A stretch of 64,000 nt of DNA from NCBI GenBank assembly GCA_050248855.1, contig JBFWRP010000001.1, positions 64,001 through 128,000 on the forward strand, written 5' to 3'. Below, piece by piece: positions 28,448-40,100 of the stretch; the first letter of the stretch is position 1; each line of letters starts with the position of its first letter. The DNA comes from Planctomycetota bacterium (GTDB lineage Bacteria > Planctomycetota > PLA2 > JAEUHO01). Made by a program: the position numbers and the translations under genes. The notes beneath the pieces are model-generated. The model worked only from the letters and a program-made list of their open reading frames with translations, was not told the origin of the DNA and searched no databases.

Positions 28448-29336
28448 TGGCGGCCAGCTCGGGGTAGTGCCGGACGAGGCTGGCCGGGACGGGGCGCTTC
28501 CTGCCGTCCGTCCGGAACGCCAGCTGCAACGACGCGGCGATCGCCTGGCCCCGCGGGTGGTTGTTGGCGATCACGACGGTCCGTTCGCTCGACGCCGCGA
28601 TGGCTCGGATGCGCGTGGCAAGCGCGTCGAGCGACGACGCGTCGTAGTGGTGGTCGTAGCGTGCGTCGCGACCGATGCCCGGCGTGAACCACGTGCGGTC
28701 GTTGCGACCATGGAGGCGCAGGTACCCCCAGGTCCCGAACCCGGGGGTGTCGTCGGGCAGGTGGTCCGGGGAGGCCGGCCAGTCCAGATGGACCCGGGAA
28801 GCCCCCGTGGCCGCGAGCGCCTCGAGCACGTCGGGCTCGGCATGGCTTGCGTGTCGAAGCTCCAAGGCCACGGCGTGGGGCGCGAGGGCGTCGACGAGGT
28901 GGCGCAGGCGATCCACCTGCTGGCGCGTCGCGCGCGCGTGGGCGGGCAGCTGGACCAGGACGCCCGCCAGTCGTCCGATGGCGGCGAGCGGCGTCAACGA
29001 CGCCACGAAGGGGGCCAGGTCCCGGGGCGTGACGCCGGCACCCTCGTGGGAGACGTCCCGCGGCGCCTTGACGACGACGATCAGCCGGGGGTGGCGCGCC
29101 ACGACCTCGGCCCAGCGGGCCACGACCTCGACCGGGACCGGGCGGTAGAAGGTCACGTTGACCTCGATCGCATCCACCAGACGGGCGACGGCGTCCAGCA
29201 ACGGGGGCCCGCTGCGCAGCGTCGCCGGGTGCACGATGCCGGCCCAGTCCGGATAGGACCACCCGGCGACGCCGACGTGGAGCGCGGCGCGCAGGGAGGC
29301 GGGAAACGTCGTCGCAGATGGCCGGTCCACGCCCAC
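28410..29336 (-). CDS. DUF72 domain protein
   Basis: GVAGWSYPDW, EVNVTFY, VKAP..VSH, LVQLP, ELRHAS, YLRLHGRN, NNHPRGQA. Confidence 0.9.
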   Translation of the reverse strand: MGVDRPSATTFPASLRAALHVGVAGWSYPDWAGIVHPATLRSGPPLLDAVARLVDAIEVNVTFYRPVPVEVVARWAEVVARHPRLIVVVKAPRDVSHEGAGVTPRDLAPFVASLTPLAAIGRLAGVLVQLPAHARATRQQVDRLRHLVDALAPHAVALELRHASHAEPDVLEALAATGASRVHLDWPASPDHLPDDTPGFGTWGYLRLHGRNDRTWFTPGIGRDARYDHHYDASSLDALATRIRAIAASSERTVVIANNHPRGQAIAASLQLAFRTDGRKRPVPASLVRHYPELAAITLPTGQLDLFA

Positions 29337-29386
29337 CAGGGAACGGGCCCCAGGCGCGGCTGCAACAAGATTTCCCGCCTCCGTAC
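29291..29386. repeat. ~96-bp palindromic element, copy 2
   Basis: Right arm 29360-29387 is identical over 28 bp to 20962-20989. Degenerate left arm GGAGGCGGGAAACGTCGTCGCAG at 29295-29317. Confidence 0.8.
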
Positions 29387-29488
29387 CGCGTCCGTACCGC
29401 GTTCGGGGTCCAAGGCCCGGTTCCGCTTGCCTTGGGCGGCGGTGCCAGCCGATGGTGAAGCGCGGCTGCCTCGCGGCAGCGCTCGACC

Positions 29489-30643
29489 ATGGGCCCCTCC
29501 CGCACCCCCACCGCGTGGCATGTCGCCGCGATCGACGACCTGGACACGCTGGCGGCCTGGGGCCCGGCGTGGGACGACCTCGCCCTGCGTACGCGACCGG
29601 CGCAGCCGACGCTCTCCTACAGCTGGGTCCGCGCCCAGCTGGAGCACCTCCAGCCGGCCGGCACGCCGTGGTGCGTCACGTTCGCAAGCCGCGGTACGCG
29701 CGTCGTGGGTGTGTTGCCGTTGGTCCGCGCCGCCGGAGCGCGGGGAGTCGGCCGCTGGCTCCCCGTCCTGCGCTCCCTGGCCGACGACCACACACCCATC
29801 GCAGGACCGCTGCTGGGCGAGGTCGACGACCCGCACCATGTGCTGGAGCTGCTCGTCCGGGCCCACTTCCAGCGCCGCCCCCATCCCGCTTCCATCGTGC
29901 TCGAGGGTCTCACGGCGTGGTCGCCGGCCTCGATCGCCTTGCGCGAGGGGCTCCCACCGTGGCGCGTCCAGCGCTTTGCCGACGTCGCCGAGGGCAGCAC
30001 GGTCGACGCGCGCGTGCCCTACGCCGAGCACCTCGCGGCGCTGAGCGGCAACGCGCGCTCCCAGCTGCGCCGGGCGGCCAAGGCGATCGGCCGGCAGGGT
30101 CGCCTGCGCTTCGAGATCGAAGACGGTCGCGAACGCTTCGCGGAGCGCTTCGAGGCGTACAAGGCGCTGGAAGCCAGCGGCTGGAAGGGGCGTGCCGGAA
30201 CCGCGCTCGCCCATCGTCCGCGCGACGAGGCCTTCTTCCGCGCGCTCTACGGCCGTCTCGCGAATGCGGGCCACCTGCGCTGGCACCTGCTGTCGGCCGG
30301 TGAGCAGCCCGTGGCCATGGAGGTCATCGTGCGCTTCGGACGCCGCGTCGTCGTGCACAAGGTCGCCTACGACGAGATGTGGCGTTCTTCGAGCCCGGGC
30401 CACGTCGTGTGGTCCCACACGTTGGAGGCCGCCTGCGAGGACCCCGGCATCCGCACCGTGGACCTGCTCACCTACGACTCCCTGGCCGATCGCTGGAAGG
30501 CCGTGCCCTACCCGTACGACCGGGTCCTGATCCACCGCACGGGACTCGTGCCCCTGCTCTTCGCGCACGCGCCCTCCAAGGCGCGTGCCGCGGTCCGCCG
30601 CTGGAGCGAACGTTGGCGCGAGCGCCAGGGGAACGTGACGTGA
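29489..30643 (+). CDS. GNAT family acetyltransferase (CelD/BcsL-like)
   Basis: AWDDL..P.LSYSW, SGWKG..G, AYDE....SPG motifs. Confidence 0.85.
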   Translation: MGPSRTPTAWHVAAIDDLDTLAAWGPAWDDLALRTRPAQPTLSYSWVRAQLEHLQPAGTPWCVTFASRGTRVVGVLPLVRAAGARGVGRWLPVLRSLADDHTPIAGPLLGEVDDPHHVLELLVRAHFQRRPHPASIVLEGLTAWSPASIALREGLPPWRVQRFADVAEGSTVDARVPYAEHLAALSGNARSQLRRAAKAIGRQGRLRFEIEDGRERFAERFEAYKALEASGWKGRAGTALAHRPRDEAFFRALYGRLANAGHLRWHLLSAGEQPVAMEVIVRFGRRVVVHKVAYDEMWRSSSPGHVVWSHTLEAACEDPGIRTVDLLTYDSLADRWKAVPYPYDRVLIHRTGLVPLLFAHAPSKARAAVRRWSERWRERQGNVT

Positions 30644-30656
30644 TGCCGCGCGGCCG

Positions 30657-31211
30657 TCAGACGGCCCGGACTTCGAGCACCTCGGGAATCGTCTGGCGCA
30701 GGCGCGCCTCGATGCCCTGCTTGAGCGTGGCGAGCGACGAGGGGCAGCCCGCGCAGCTGCCCTTCATCCGCAGGTAGACGACGCCGTCGTCGAAGCGGTC
30801 GAACACGATGTCGCCGCCGTCACGGGCCACGGCGGGGCGGATCTGCGCGTCGAGGATCTCGATGACCTGCTGCGCCACGTCGTCGTAGTCGCCCGCGTGA
30901 TCGCGGTCGGCCCAGGCGCTGGTCACCACCTCCACGCCTTGCTCGAGCCAGGCGGGCAGGTCGCGCAGGACCGCGGCATGCACGTCCCCCATCACCGCGG
31001 GGTCGGAGACGGTCAGCGTGACGAAGTCGCGCCCGATCATCACCGCCGTGACGCCGCGGATGCCCAAGAGGCGCGCCCCCAGGGGCGACAGCGGCTCGGC
31101 CTCCGCCGCGCTGTCGAACGAGGCCGCACCGCGCTCGAGCAGGGGCCGCGAGACGGTGTACTTGAGCGTGTCGGGGTTGGGCGTGAACTCGAGCTGCACG
31201 TGGACGGTCAT
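30657..31211 (-). CDS. NifU/Nfu family Fe-S carrier protein
   Basis: TPNPDTLKY, IRPAVARDGGDI, GSCAGCPSS. ATGA overlap with acnA. Confidence 0.93.
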   Translation of the reverse strand: MTVHVQLEFTPNPDTLKYTVSRPLLERGAASFDSAAEAEPLSPLGARLLGIRGVTAVMIGRDFVTLTVSDPAVMGDVHAAVLRDLPAWLEQGVEVVTSAWADRDHAGDYDDVAQQVIEILDAQIRPAVARDGGDIVFDRFDDGVVYLRMKGSCAGCPSSLATLKQGIEARLRQTIPEVLEVRAV

Positions 31212-33931
31212 GACGCGCTCCTTCCGGCGGCCCACACCTGACGCAGCACGTAGGGCAGGATCCCGCCGTGTCGGTAGTACTCGACTTCGTCGGGGGTGTC
31301 GATGCGGCTGCGTACCTCGAACGAGGCGCGCGAGCCGTCCGCGCGATGGACGACCAGCTCCAGGCGCTGGCCGGGCGCGAGCCCCGCGGCGATGCCCGTC
31401 AGGTCGAACGTCTCCGTGCCCTCGAGCCCCAGGGCTTCCGCGGGGTCGCTGCCGTGGGCCATCTCCAGCGGCAGGACGCCCATGCCGATCAGGTTGCTGC
31501 GGTGGATCCGCTCGTAGGAGCGGGCCAGCACGGCACGCACGCCCAGCAGCAGGGTGCCCTTGGCCGCCCAGTCCCGGGACGAGCCCATGCCGTACCCTTC
31601 GCCGGCCACCAGCAGGGTCGGCACGCCTTCCTTCGCGTAGCGCAAGGACGCCTCGTAGATCGACATCACGTCGCCACCGGGCTGGTGCGTCGTGAAGCCG
31701 CCCTCCGTGCCCGGCGCCAAGCGGTTGCGCAAGCGCACGTTGCCGAACGTGCCGCGCACCATGACCTCGTGGTTGCCGCGGCGGCTGCCGTAGCTGTTGA
31801 AGTCCTTCGGCTCCACGCCGTGCTCGACGAGCCAGCGGCCTGCGGGACCCTTCGCTTGGATGGAGCCGGCCGGCGAGATGTGGTCCGTGGTGACGAAGTC
31901 CCCCAGCAGGGCGAGGAGGCGCGCACCGTGGATGTCGCCCGGCTCGCTCGCCCCCGACGGCACGTCCTCGAGGAACGAGGGGCGGCGCACGTACGTGCTC
32001 TCCGGGTCCCAGGCGAAGCGATCCCCCTTCGGCACGGGCAGGCCGCGCCACACGTCGTCGCCGTCGAACACCGAGGCGTACTCGTCGGCAAACTGCGCGG
32101 GCTTCACGGCGGTCCGCACGGCATCCGCGACCTCCTGCGGCGTGGGCCAGAGATCGGCCAGGTGCACGGGACGCCCCTCGGCGTCCTCGCCAAGCGGCTC
32201 CTTCACGAGGTCCAGGTCGACGGTGCCGGCGAGCGCGTAAGCCACGACCAACGGAGGCGAAGCGAGGTAGTTCGACTTGACCTGCGCGTTGACGCGGCCC
32301 TCGAAGTTGCGGTTGCCGGACAACACGGAGACCACGTGCAAGTCCTCGTCGGCCACGCGCTTGCCCACGTGCGGGATGAGCGGGCCGCTGTTGCCGATGC
32401 ACGTGGTGCAGCCGTAGCCCACCAGCGAGAAGCCGACAGCCGCCAGGTCGTCGAGCAGGCCGGCCTCCTCGAGGTAGCGCGTGACGACGCGCGATCCCGG
32501 CGCGAGGCTCGTCTTGACCCAGCTCTTGGCCTTCAGGCCGCGCGCGCGAGCCTTCCTGGCCACGAGCCCGGCGGCCAGCATCACGCTGGGGTTGCTCGTG
32601 TTCGTGCAGGACGTGATGGCGGCGATCACCACGCTTCCGTGCGTCAGCGTGTCCGGCGCCGTCGCGACGGCCATGGGCGCTGCGGTCGGGGCATCCGAGG
32701 TCATCGCGCCCGCCTCGCCCTGGACGTAGGCCGCGCGGAAGCTCTCCTGCATCGCGCCGAGCGGCACGCGGTCCTGGGGGCGCTTGGGACCCGCCAGGCT
32801 CGGCTCGACCGTGGCGAGGTCCAGCTCGATGACCTCGCTGAAGACCGGCTCGTCCGTGGGACTCGCGAACAGCCCTTGCGCCTTGGCGTACGCCTCGACC
32901 CGGCGCACGTGCGCTTCGCTGCGACCCGTGAAGCGCAGGTAGGCCAGCGTCTCGCCGTCGATCGGGAAGAAGCCCATCGTGGCGCCGTACTCGGGCGCCA
33001 TGTTGGCGAGCGTGGCGCGATCGGCCAGCGTGAGCGCAGGGAGGCCGGGGCCGAAGAACTCCACGAACTTGCCCACGACGCCCGCCTTGCGCAGGCGCTG
33101 CGTCACGGTGAGCACGAGGTCCGTGGCCGTCGTGCCGGCCGGAAGCGTGCCGACGAGGCGTAAGCCCACGACCTGCGGCACGAGCATCGTGACGGGCTGG
33201 CCCAGCATGGCCGCCTCGGCCTCGATGCCGCCCACGCCCCAGCCCAGCACGCCGAGGCCGTTGACCATCGTCGTGTGGCTGTCGGTGCCGACGAGCGTGT
33301 CGGGCCACAGCGCGGGCTGGCCGTCCTGCCGGCCCTCGAACACCACGCTGGCCAGGTGTTCGAGGTTGATCTGGTGCACGATGCCCGTGCCCGGCGGCAC
33401 CACGCGGAATCCGTCGAAGGCTCCGGCGGCCCAGCGCAGGAGCTCGTAGCGCTCGCGGTTGCGCTCGTACTCCAGCGCCACGTTCTGCGCGTAGGCCGTG
33501 GCGTCCCCGAAGTGATCCACCTGGACGCTGTGGTCGATCACCAGGTCGACGGGGATGTGCGGGTTGATGCGCCGCGGGTCGACGCCGCGCTCGGCGCTGG
33601 CGTCGCGCATGGCGGCGAGGTCCACGACACACGGCACCCCGGTGAAGTCCTGCAGCAGGACCCGGGCGGGCATGAAGGCGATCTCCGTCGTGGGATCGGC
33701 TTGGGGGTCCCAGCCGAGCAGGGCCTCGATGTGGTCCCGCGTCACGGTCCGGCCGTCCTCCCGCCGCAGCAGGTTCTCGAGCAGCACCTTCAGCGAGAAG
33801 GGCAGCCGTCGGACCTGCGGGTGCTTGCCCTCGGCCAGGGCCGCGAGGCTGGCCATGGCGTACGACGTGCCTTCGACCTCCAGGGTGGTCCGGGCGCCGA
33901 AGGAGTCGAGGAGGACAGGCGAGGAGCTCAT
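31208..33931 (-). CDS. acnA: Aconitate hydratase A
   Basis: QDFTGVP, DHSVQVD, GTDSHT, ITSCTNTSNP, GCTTCIGNSG, GSSRDWAAKG. Confidence 0.98.
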   Translation of the reverse strand: MSSSPVLLDSFGARTTLEVEGTSYAMASLAALAEGKHPQVRRLPFSLKVLLENLLRREDGRTVTRDHIEALLGWDPQADPTTEIAFMPARVLLQDFTGVPCVVDLAAMRDASAERGVDPRRINPHIPVDLVIDHSVQVDHFGDATAYAQNVALEYERNRERYELLRWAAGAFDGFRVVPPGTGIVHQINLEHLASVVFEGRQDGQPALWPDTLVGTDSHTTMVNGLGVLGWGVGGIEAEAAMLGQPVTMLVPQVVGLRLVGTLPAGTTATDLVLTVTQRLRKAGVVGKFVEFFGPGLPALTLADRATLANMAPEYGATMGFFPIDGETLAYLRFTGRSEAHVRRVEAYAKAQGLFASPTDEPVFSEVIELDLATVEPSLAGPKRPQDRVPLGAMQESFRAAYVQGEAGAMTSDAPTAAPMAVATAPDTLTHGSVVIAAITSCTNTSNPSVMLAAGLVARKARARGLKAKSWVKTSLAPGSRVVTRYLEEAGLLDDLAAVGFSLVGYGCTTCIGNSGPLIPHVGKRVADEDLHVVSVLSGNRNFEGRVNAQVKSNYLASPPLVVAYALAGTVDLDLVKEPLGEDAEGRPVHLADLWPTPQEVADAVRTAVKPAQFADEYASVFDGDDVWRGLPVPKGDRFAWDPESTYVRRPSFLEDVPSGASEPGDIHGARLLALLGDFVTTDHISPAGSIQAKGPAGRWLVEHGVEPKDFNSYGSRRGNHEVMVRGTFGNVRLRNRLAPGTEGGFTTHQPGGDVMSIYEASLRYAKEGVPTLLVAGEGYGMGSSRDWAAKGTLLLGVRAVLARSYERIHRSNLIGMGVLPLEMAHGSDPAEALGLEGTETFDLTGIAAGLAPGQRLELVVHRADGSRASFEVRSRIDTPDEVEYYRHGGILPYVLRQVWAAGRSAS

Positions 33932-34042
33932 GGGTTCTCCGGGGGGACGGGCGCGGCCGCACCGCAGCGGCGGTCGCGCTCCCTTCCCCGGCAGGCTAGG
34001 ACTGCGCTAGCCCCTTCCCAAGGGAAGGCGGCGCGACGGACG

Positions 34043-34070
34043 GGAACCCGCGCACCCTTCACGGGTCCAA
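34043..34070 (+). promoter_or_regulatory. Possible ECF-type promoter GGAAC-N17-GTCCAA
   Basis: Matches the general ECF pattern (AAC -35, GTC -10); lies 30 nt upstream of the giant gene. Confidence 0.35.
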
Positions 34071-34100
34071 CCCGATCCGCCCGGACGGAGGAACCCCCTG

Positions 34101-37100
34101 ATGCGCGCCCTGGGTCTCGTTTCGCTGGCCATCGTGCTGACTGCCGTCGTGCTGCCGCCGCTGCTGGCGGGCGGACGCATCGGCGAAGCCGGGGACGACG
34201 ACCATCCCCCGGTGGCCGACGACGGTCGGGCCGGGACCGTGCGCACCGCGCAGGGCACCGTGCTGGTGCGCCCGGCCGGCAGCCTGCGCTTCACGCCGCT
34301 CGCCCGGGGCGACCTGCTCGCGGTCGGCGACTTCGTCCGCACGGCGGTGCCCGGCGCCCACCTCGCCGAGCTCGATCTCGTCGGCTCGCGCGTCGTCCTC
34401 GGCCCGGGAACGACCGTGCGGCTGGCGGCCCGCGATGCCGTGCACGTCGTCCAGGGCGAGCTCGAGGTCGTGCCCGCGCCCGGGGCCTCCGTCCAGGTGA
34501 CGGGACCGGGGAGCTTCGCGCGGACCGTCACGGGGGCGCCTGCCGCCGAGGGCGGCCTCGCTCCCCGCCTGCAGCTCCGCTCCGACGGACGCGGCGTGGT
34601 CGAGCTCGAGAAGGAGCCGCGCTGGCTGACCAGCTGGCGGGCTGCGGCGGGTGCCGCGTGGGCCGGTGGCCTGACGGCGCAGATCGACGGTCGCGACGTG
34701 GACCTCGCCGTGGTCCGCCACGAGGTGACGGTCGAAGTCCGCGACCAGCTCGCGCGGACGACCATCGAGCAGGTCTTCCGCAACGCGACCGACGTTCGTA
34801 CCGAAGGCACGTTCCGTTTCCCGCTTCCGGCCGGCGCCAGCATCAGCGGCTTCGCGATGTGGATCGGCGACGAGATGGTCGAAGCCGACATCGTCGAGCG
34901 CCAGCGCGCCCGGCAGATCTACGAGGACATCCTGCGTCGCAAGAAGGACCCGGGCCTCCTCGAGTGGGAGGGCGGCAACCTCTTCCAGGCTCGCGTGTTC
35001 CCGATCGAGGCACGTAGCACCAAGCGCGTCCGCGTGCGCTACACGCAAGTCCTGCCGCTCCAGGGCCAGGCCTACCGCTACCGCGTGCCGCTGACCAGCG
35101 AGCTGCTGCGCCAGAAGCCGCTCGAGCACCTCTCCGTCAAGCTGCGGCTGCAGAGCGAGACGCCGATTGCCCGCGTGACGTCCCCGACCCATCCGGTCAA
35201 CGCGCGCACGACGGCCCACACGGCCGACGTCGAGTACATGCTCGAGGGTGCCTCGCCGGACCGCGATTTCGAGGTGGAGGTCGCCCTCACGTCACCGCCG
35301 GACTTGGTGCTGCTCCCCCACCGCCGTGGCGACGATGGCTACTTCCTCGTCCAGCTGCGCCCGCCCACGCCGGAGGCCCAGGGGTTCGAGCGCACCTTGG
35401 TGCCCGAGGGCAAGCCTCTGGACGTCGTGCTCGTGGCCGACACGTCCGGCTCGATGTCCGCGTCGGCCCGTGAGGCGCAGGACCAGCTCTTCCGCGCGTT
35501 CGTGGCCCTGCTCGGCGCCGAGGACCGCGTGCGCCTGCTGGCCTACGACGTGAAGCCCGTGTGGCTCCTCGAGGAGCCGGCGGCTCCCGACGCCCAGGAG
35601 CTGGCCGGCGCGCTCGACGCACTGGCCGCGCGTCGCTCGCTCGGCTGGAGCGACGTGGACGCCGGCCTGGAAGCCGCGCTGGCGGCGGCCCCCGCAGGGG
35701 GCCTCGTGGTGCATGTCGGCGACGGCATCGTCACCACGGGCGACGCCGATCCGCAGGCGGGGGCCGCGCGCTTGGCGGCGCTCGGCGAGCGCTTTCCGGG
35801 ACGTGCGGTCCACGCCGTGGCGCCGTCCTCCACGTACGAGGCGCCCGTGCTCGAGGCCCTGGCGCGCATCGGCGGCGGCTCGATGCGCACGACCGATCCC
35901 GCGGCGCCGGCCAGCACCGCGGCGGCCCTGCTGCGCGACGCGCTGCTGCCGCAGTGGAAGAACCTGAAGCTGCGCATCGAGGGCGTGCCGACGGCTCGCG
36001 TGTACCCCGAGGTGCTGCCCAACACGCCGGCGGGCACGCAGCTGATGGTGCTGGGGCGCTTCGCGCCCACCCAGGGCGACACGCAGGTCACCGTGCACGT
36101 CGAGGGGGACGGCCCCGAGGGTCCGGTCCGTGTCTCGACCCGGGCGGTGCTCCCCGGCACCGACGGCGGCAACGACTTCTTGCCGCGCCTCTGGGCCCGT
36201 CGTCACCTCGACGCCCTGCTCGAACAAGGGCCCGACGCGGAGACGCAGGCCGAGATCGTCGAGTTCAGCGAGCGCTTCGGCATCCTCACGCCGTACACCT
36301 CCCTGCTGGTGCTGGAGAGCGACGAGGACCGCGAGCGCTACGGCGTGGGTCGTCGTGTCCACATGCGCGACGGCGAGCGCTTTTTCGCCGAGGCCCGCGA
36401 CACCGCCGTGCTCGAGGCGCGCCGCGCCGCGCTGCGCGAGGCGAGCGGCTGGCGCACGTGGCTGCGCGCGGCGGCGATGCAGGAGATCGCCGGACTGGGG
36501 CGTGACTTCGGCGTGCCGTTCCCGCCCCCGGACCCGGGCGTCGTGACGCGGGGCGAGGGCGCCGACTCGGCGCTTGGCGAGCTCCTGGACGCCACGCTCG
36601 GCCTGCGCGACCAGCTGCAGGCCGGGAAGCTGCTCGAGCTGAAGCACGAGGGCGGCGAGTGGGCCGGCGGCTTGGAGGAAGAAGCCGAAGGGTCGTTCGG
36701 CCGCCGAGGGGGCGCGTCTCCCGGAAGCGGCGGCATGCCCCCGCCGGCGTCCGCCCCCAGGCCGAGGGCAGCCACGCGTGCCATGGACCAGGGCGACTCG
36801 GTCGATGGGCGGCTGGCCGACCGGGGCCTCTACGCGAGCGAAGAGAGCGAGGAAGGCCTGGAGGCCGCAGCCGCCGAGCCCCAGCTCGCCGGCCCGTCCA
36901 TCGAGGACCTCGACTTCGAAACGGACAACGACGACTACGCCCCGGCCGACCGCCGTGCGTCGCTGCAGCGGGCCCGCAAGAGGCCGTCTGGGCGCCGCGA
37001 GGACCCGCGGCTGGCGCAGTCCAGCTCGCTCTGGGCCTCGCTGCGCACGAGCCCCTGGTGGGATGGCCTGGGGTGGCGCGAGCGCCCGGCACCGGGGCCG

Positions 37101-40100
37101 TCCGCGACGTCGCTCGGCTTCCCGCACGTACCGCCTGATCTGCCCGTGGCCGAGCCCGAGGCGCCCGAGACGCCCTGGCCCGCCGACCTCCGCGAACGCC
37201 TGGGTGCGCTGCTCCGTCGCGCTCGCTTCGTGCCCACCGCGGGCGCCTGGCACGTGACGGTGCTCGAGCGCACGATGCACCCGCTGCGTGGCATCCCCAC
37301 ACATGCCCGTCGCAGCGAGTCGTGGGTAGCGGCCGATGGCTGGTACCAGACGCTGCGCCAGGCAACGTCCGGCAGCGAGGCGGCCCAGTGGTGGCTGCTC
37401 GGCCGGCGCGGCGCCGTCGACGTGATCACGCGGCTGGCCATGACGCGCGCCGGCTCCGCGCGGGACGCGGGCGACTGGGGTCTTCCGCTCGCCGACCTCG
37501 AGAACGACCGCCTGGTGGCGGCGCTCGAGCACTCGCACGACGTCCGCATCACGAGCGACACCGAGGGCCGGGTGACGTTCCGGTTCACGCCGCGCGGTCC
37601 GCGCCCGGGGACCTGGCGCGAATGGGTCGTGGACACGGCGCGCAAGGCCCTCGTGGAAGAGCGCATGGGCGACGAGCGCACGGGCCGCGTCCACTGGCGT
37701 CGCGTGCACGAGGGGCTCGTCGAGGTGGCCGGGGTCACGCTCCCGTCGCGCACGGTGAGCTACGACCGGGACGGTCGCGTCAACGCCGACCAGGCCTTCA
37801 CGTGGGAGCTCGTGGATGCGACCGCGTGGACCGCCGCCGCGGCGCGCCTGGCGAACCCGGGCGAGGACGTGCTCGTGCTGGATGCGGAGCTGGCTTCGCT
37901 CGACGACGCCCGACTCGCCGTGGCCGAGGGCAAGGCCGGGCTCCGGGACCACCTCTCGTTGCTCGTGGACGCGGCCTCGCGGGCCGACGGCGACGCCGTG
38001 GCCACCCACCTTCGCGCCGCGCGCGGCGCGAACCCCGCCACGCCGGAGGCCTTCGACGCGATTGCCCTGGGCGTGCTGGGCCGCGTGCGCCGGCCCGACG
38101 ACATGGCCGCTCTCCGGCCGCGCTTGCTGGCCGACGCCAAGGCCTCGCCGCCGTCCCGCGCCATCGCCCGGGCGCTTCGTGCGCTGCGCGGTCTGGGCGC
38201 GCAACTGGGCGCCAACGAGGTCCTCGCCCTGCTCGAGAGCGTGGCCGGCCTCTTGACGTCGGATCAGGACGTGGTCGTGGCCGAGGAGGCCGCGTGGCGC
38301 GACCTCGTCCACGACCGGGCCCGCCTGCAGGCGCTGGCGCGCGCCGAGCGGCGCCGCGAGGCCGTCGCGTTCCTGGCCGAGCTCGCGGAGCGCTGGCCCG
38401 CCGAGCTGGACCTCCAGCTCGCGTGGTCACGAGCGCTGCGCGAGCGCGGCGACCGGGCCGCTGCGCGTGCGTGGCTGACAGGAGCCCTCGAGCGTGGCGC
38501 ACCGTGGCTGGACCACGAGCTGGACTCGCTCTACACGACGATCACCGATGGCCTCTGGCAGGACCGCCTGCTGGACGACCTCGTCCAAGCCACGACGGCC
38601 TGGACCAGCAAGCGCCCGGACAACCCGGAGAGCTGGAAGCGCGCGGCCACCATCGCGTACTTGACCGGACGCGATGCCGAGACCGACGCCGAGCAGCTCG
38701 GGCTCCTGGCAGCACCTCCGGCCGGCCACGACGACGACGTCCTCGCCGCGCGCCAGCAGACGGCCGTATGGCTCCTGCTGGGCGACGGCTGGCTCTTCGA
38801 CGTGCAAGGCATCCTGCCGCAGCACGCCGAGGCGCTCGCACGCTTCGCGGCGGCTGCGTTCGCACAGGATGGCAGCCCTCCGCCCCGCATGTGGTCGCTG
38901 GCCGGGCGTATCGCCACCCACTGGCGCTTCCGCCGCACCGAAGGCAACCGCCTGCTCGAGGCCGCCCTGCGCGAGCAGCTGCTGGAGGGCGTCACGTCGG
39001 CGACCACCGAGCGTCTGCGCGTCCTCCTGGGGCGCGTCGTCCTTCGCGGCGACGCCCGCGGCGAAGACCGTGCTCGCGTCCTGGAGGCGCTGCGCGCGCG
39101 CCACGCTGCCGCCGAGGCACTCGACGAGCGCGATGCGCTCGCGGACATGCTCCTTGGCTTGCTCGACCAGGCAGGAGAGGGCGAGGCCGCCCTGGACTTC
39201 CAGCGCGGGCGCCTGGCACGCCGTCGCGCGGCCGGGGAACCGGTCGAGGCAATCGTGCGCGACCTCGTGGAGCGCTTGCTGCGCACGGACGATGGCGACG
39301 CCGCCCGCGAAGACGAAGTCGTCGCCCTCGTGGGCACGTTCGCCGGCACCCAGGAAGACCACCGTGCCGCCACGGCCGATGCGGCCTCGTGGTCACGTCG
39401 CTTGGCGGGACGCTTCGAGGACTGGCGCGAGCGCACGGCGCTCGGTTCGCTCGAGGACCTCGCCAAGCTGTCGCGCGAGGCCCAGCGCGAAGCCCGGCGC
39501 GAAGCGCGGGATGCGGCACGGAGCCAGCTCGTGACGCGCCTTCCCGCGTTGGCCCCGGCGCTGCCGGACGCCTTTGCCACGTGGCTCGAACTCGAGGCCC
39601 TGGCCGCAAGCGTCCAGTCCGGTACCGACATCGAGGCGCGCACGGCTGCGGCTCTTGGGCGCCTGGGCGCCGAGTGGGCGCGTGATCGGCGCCCGTCCGA
39701 ACGGGTCCAGCGTGAGCGCTTGGCCACGGCGATCGCGTTCGCCGCGCTGCGCAGGTCGCCGCCCGAAGGCTTGGCCGACCGCCTGCTGGCGGTCCTGGAT
39801 GCGATCCACGAAGCCGATGCGTTCGCCCTCGAGGTCGGGGCCGACGAGGAGGTCGTCGAGATCCTCCTCGATGCCCGCTACCACGTGGCCCGACTCCTGG
39901 TGGCCCTGGATCGCGGGAGCGAGGTCCGCGAGCGCCTTGCCGCGTGGGTCGGCACCGAGGGCTCGTCGTCGCGTTGGACGGTGCTCTTGGCGCACCTCGA
40001 GGCCGAAGCCGGCGATCTCGCGGCGGCCGTCGCACGTCTGGAGCCCCTGCGCACGAGCGGGGCACTCGGCGCGGACGTGCTCGCGCGCATCGGGACGTGG

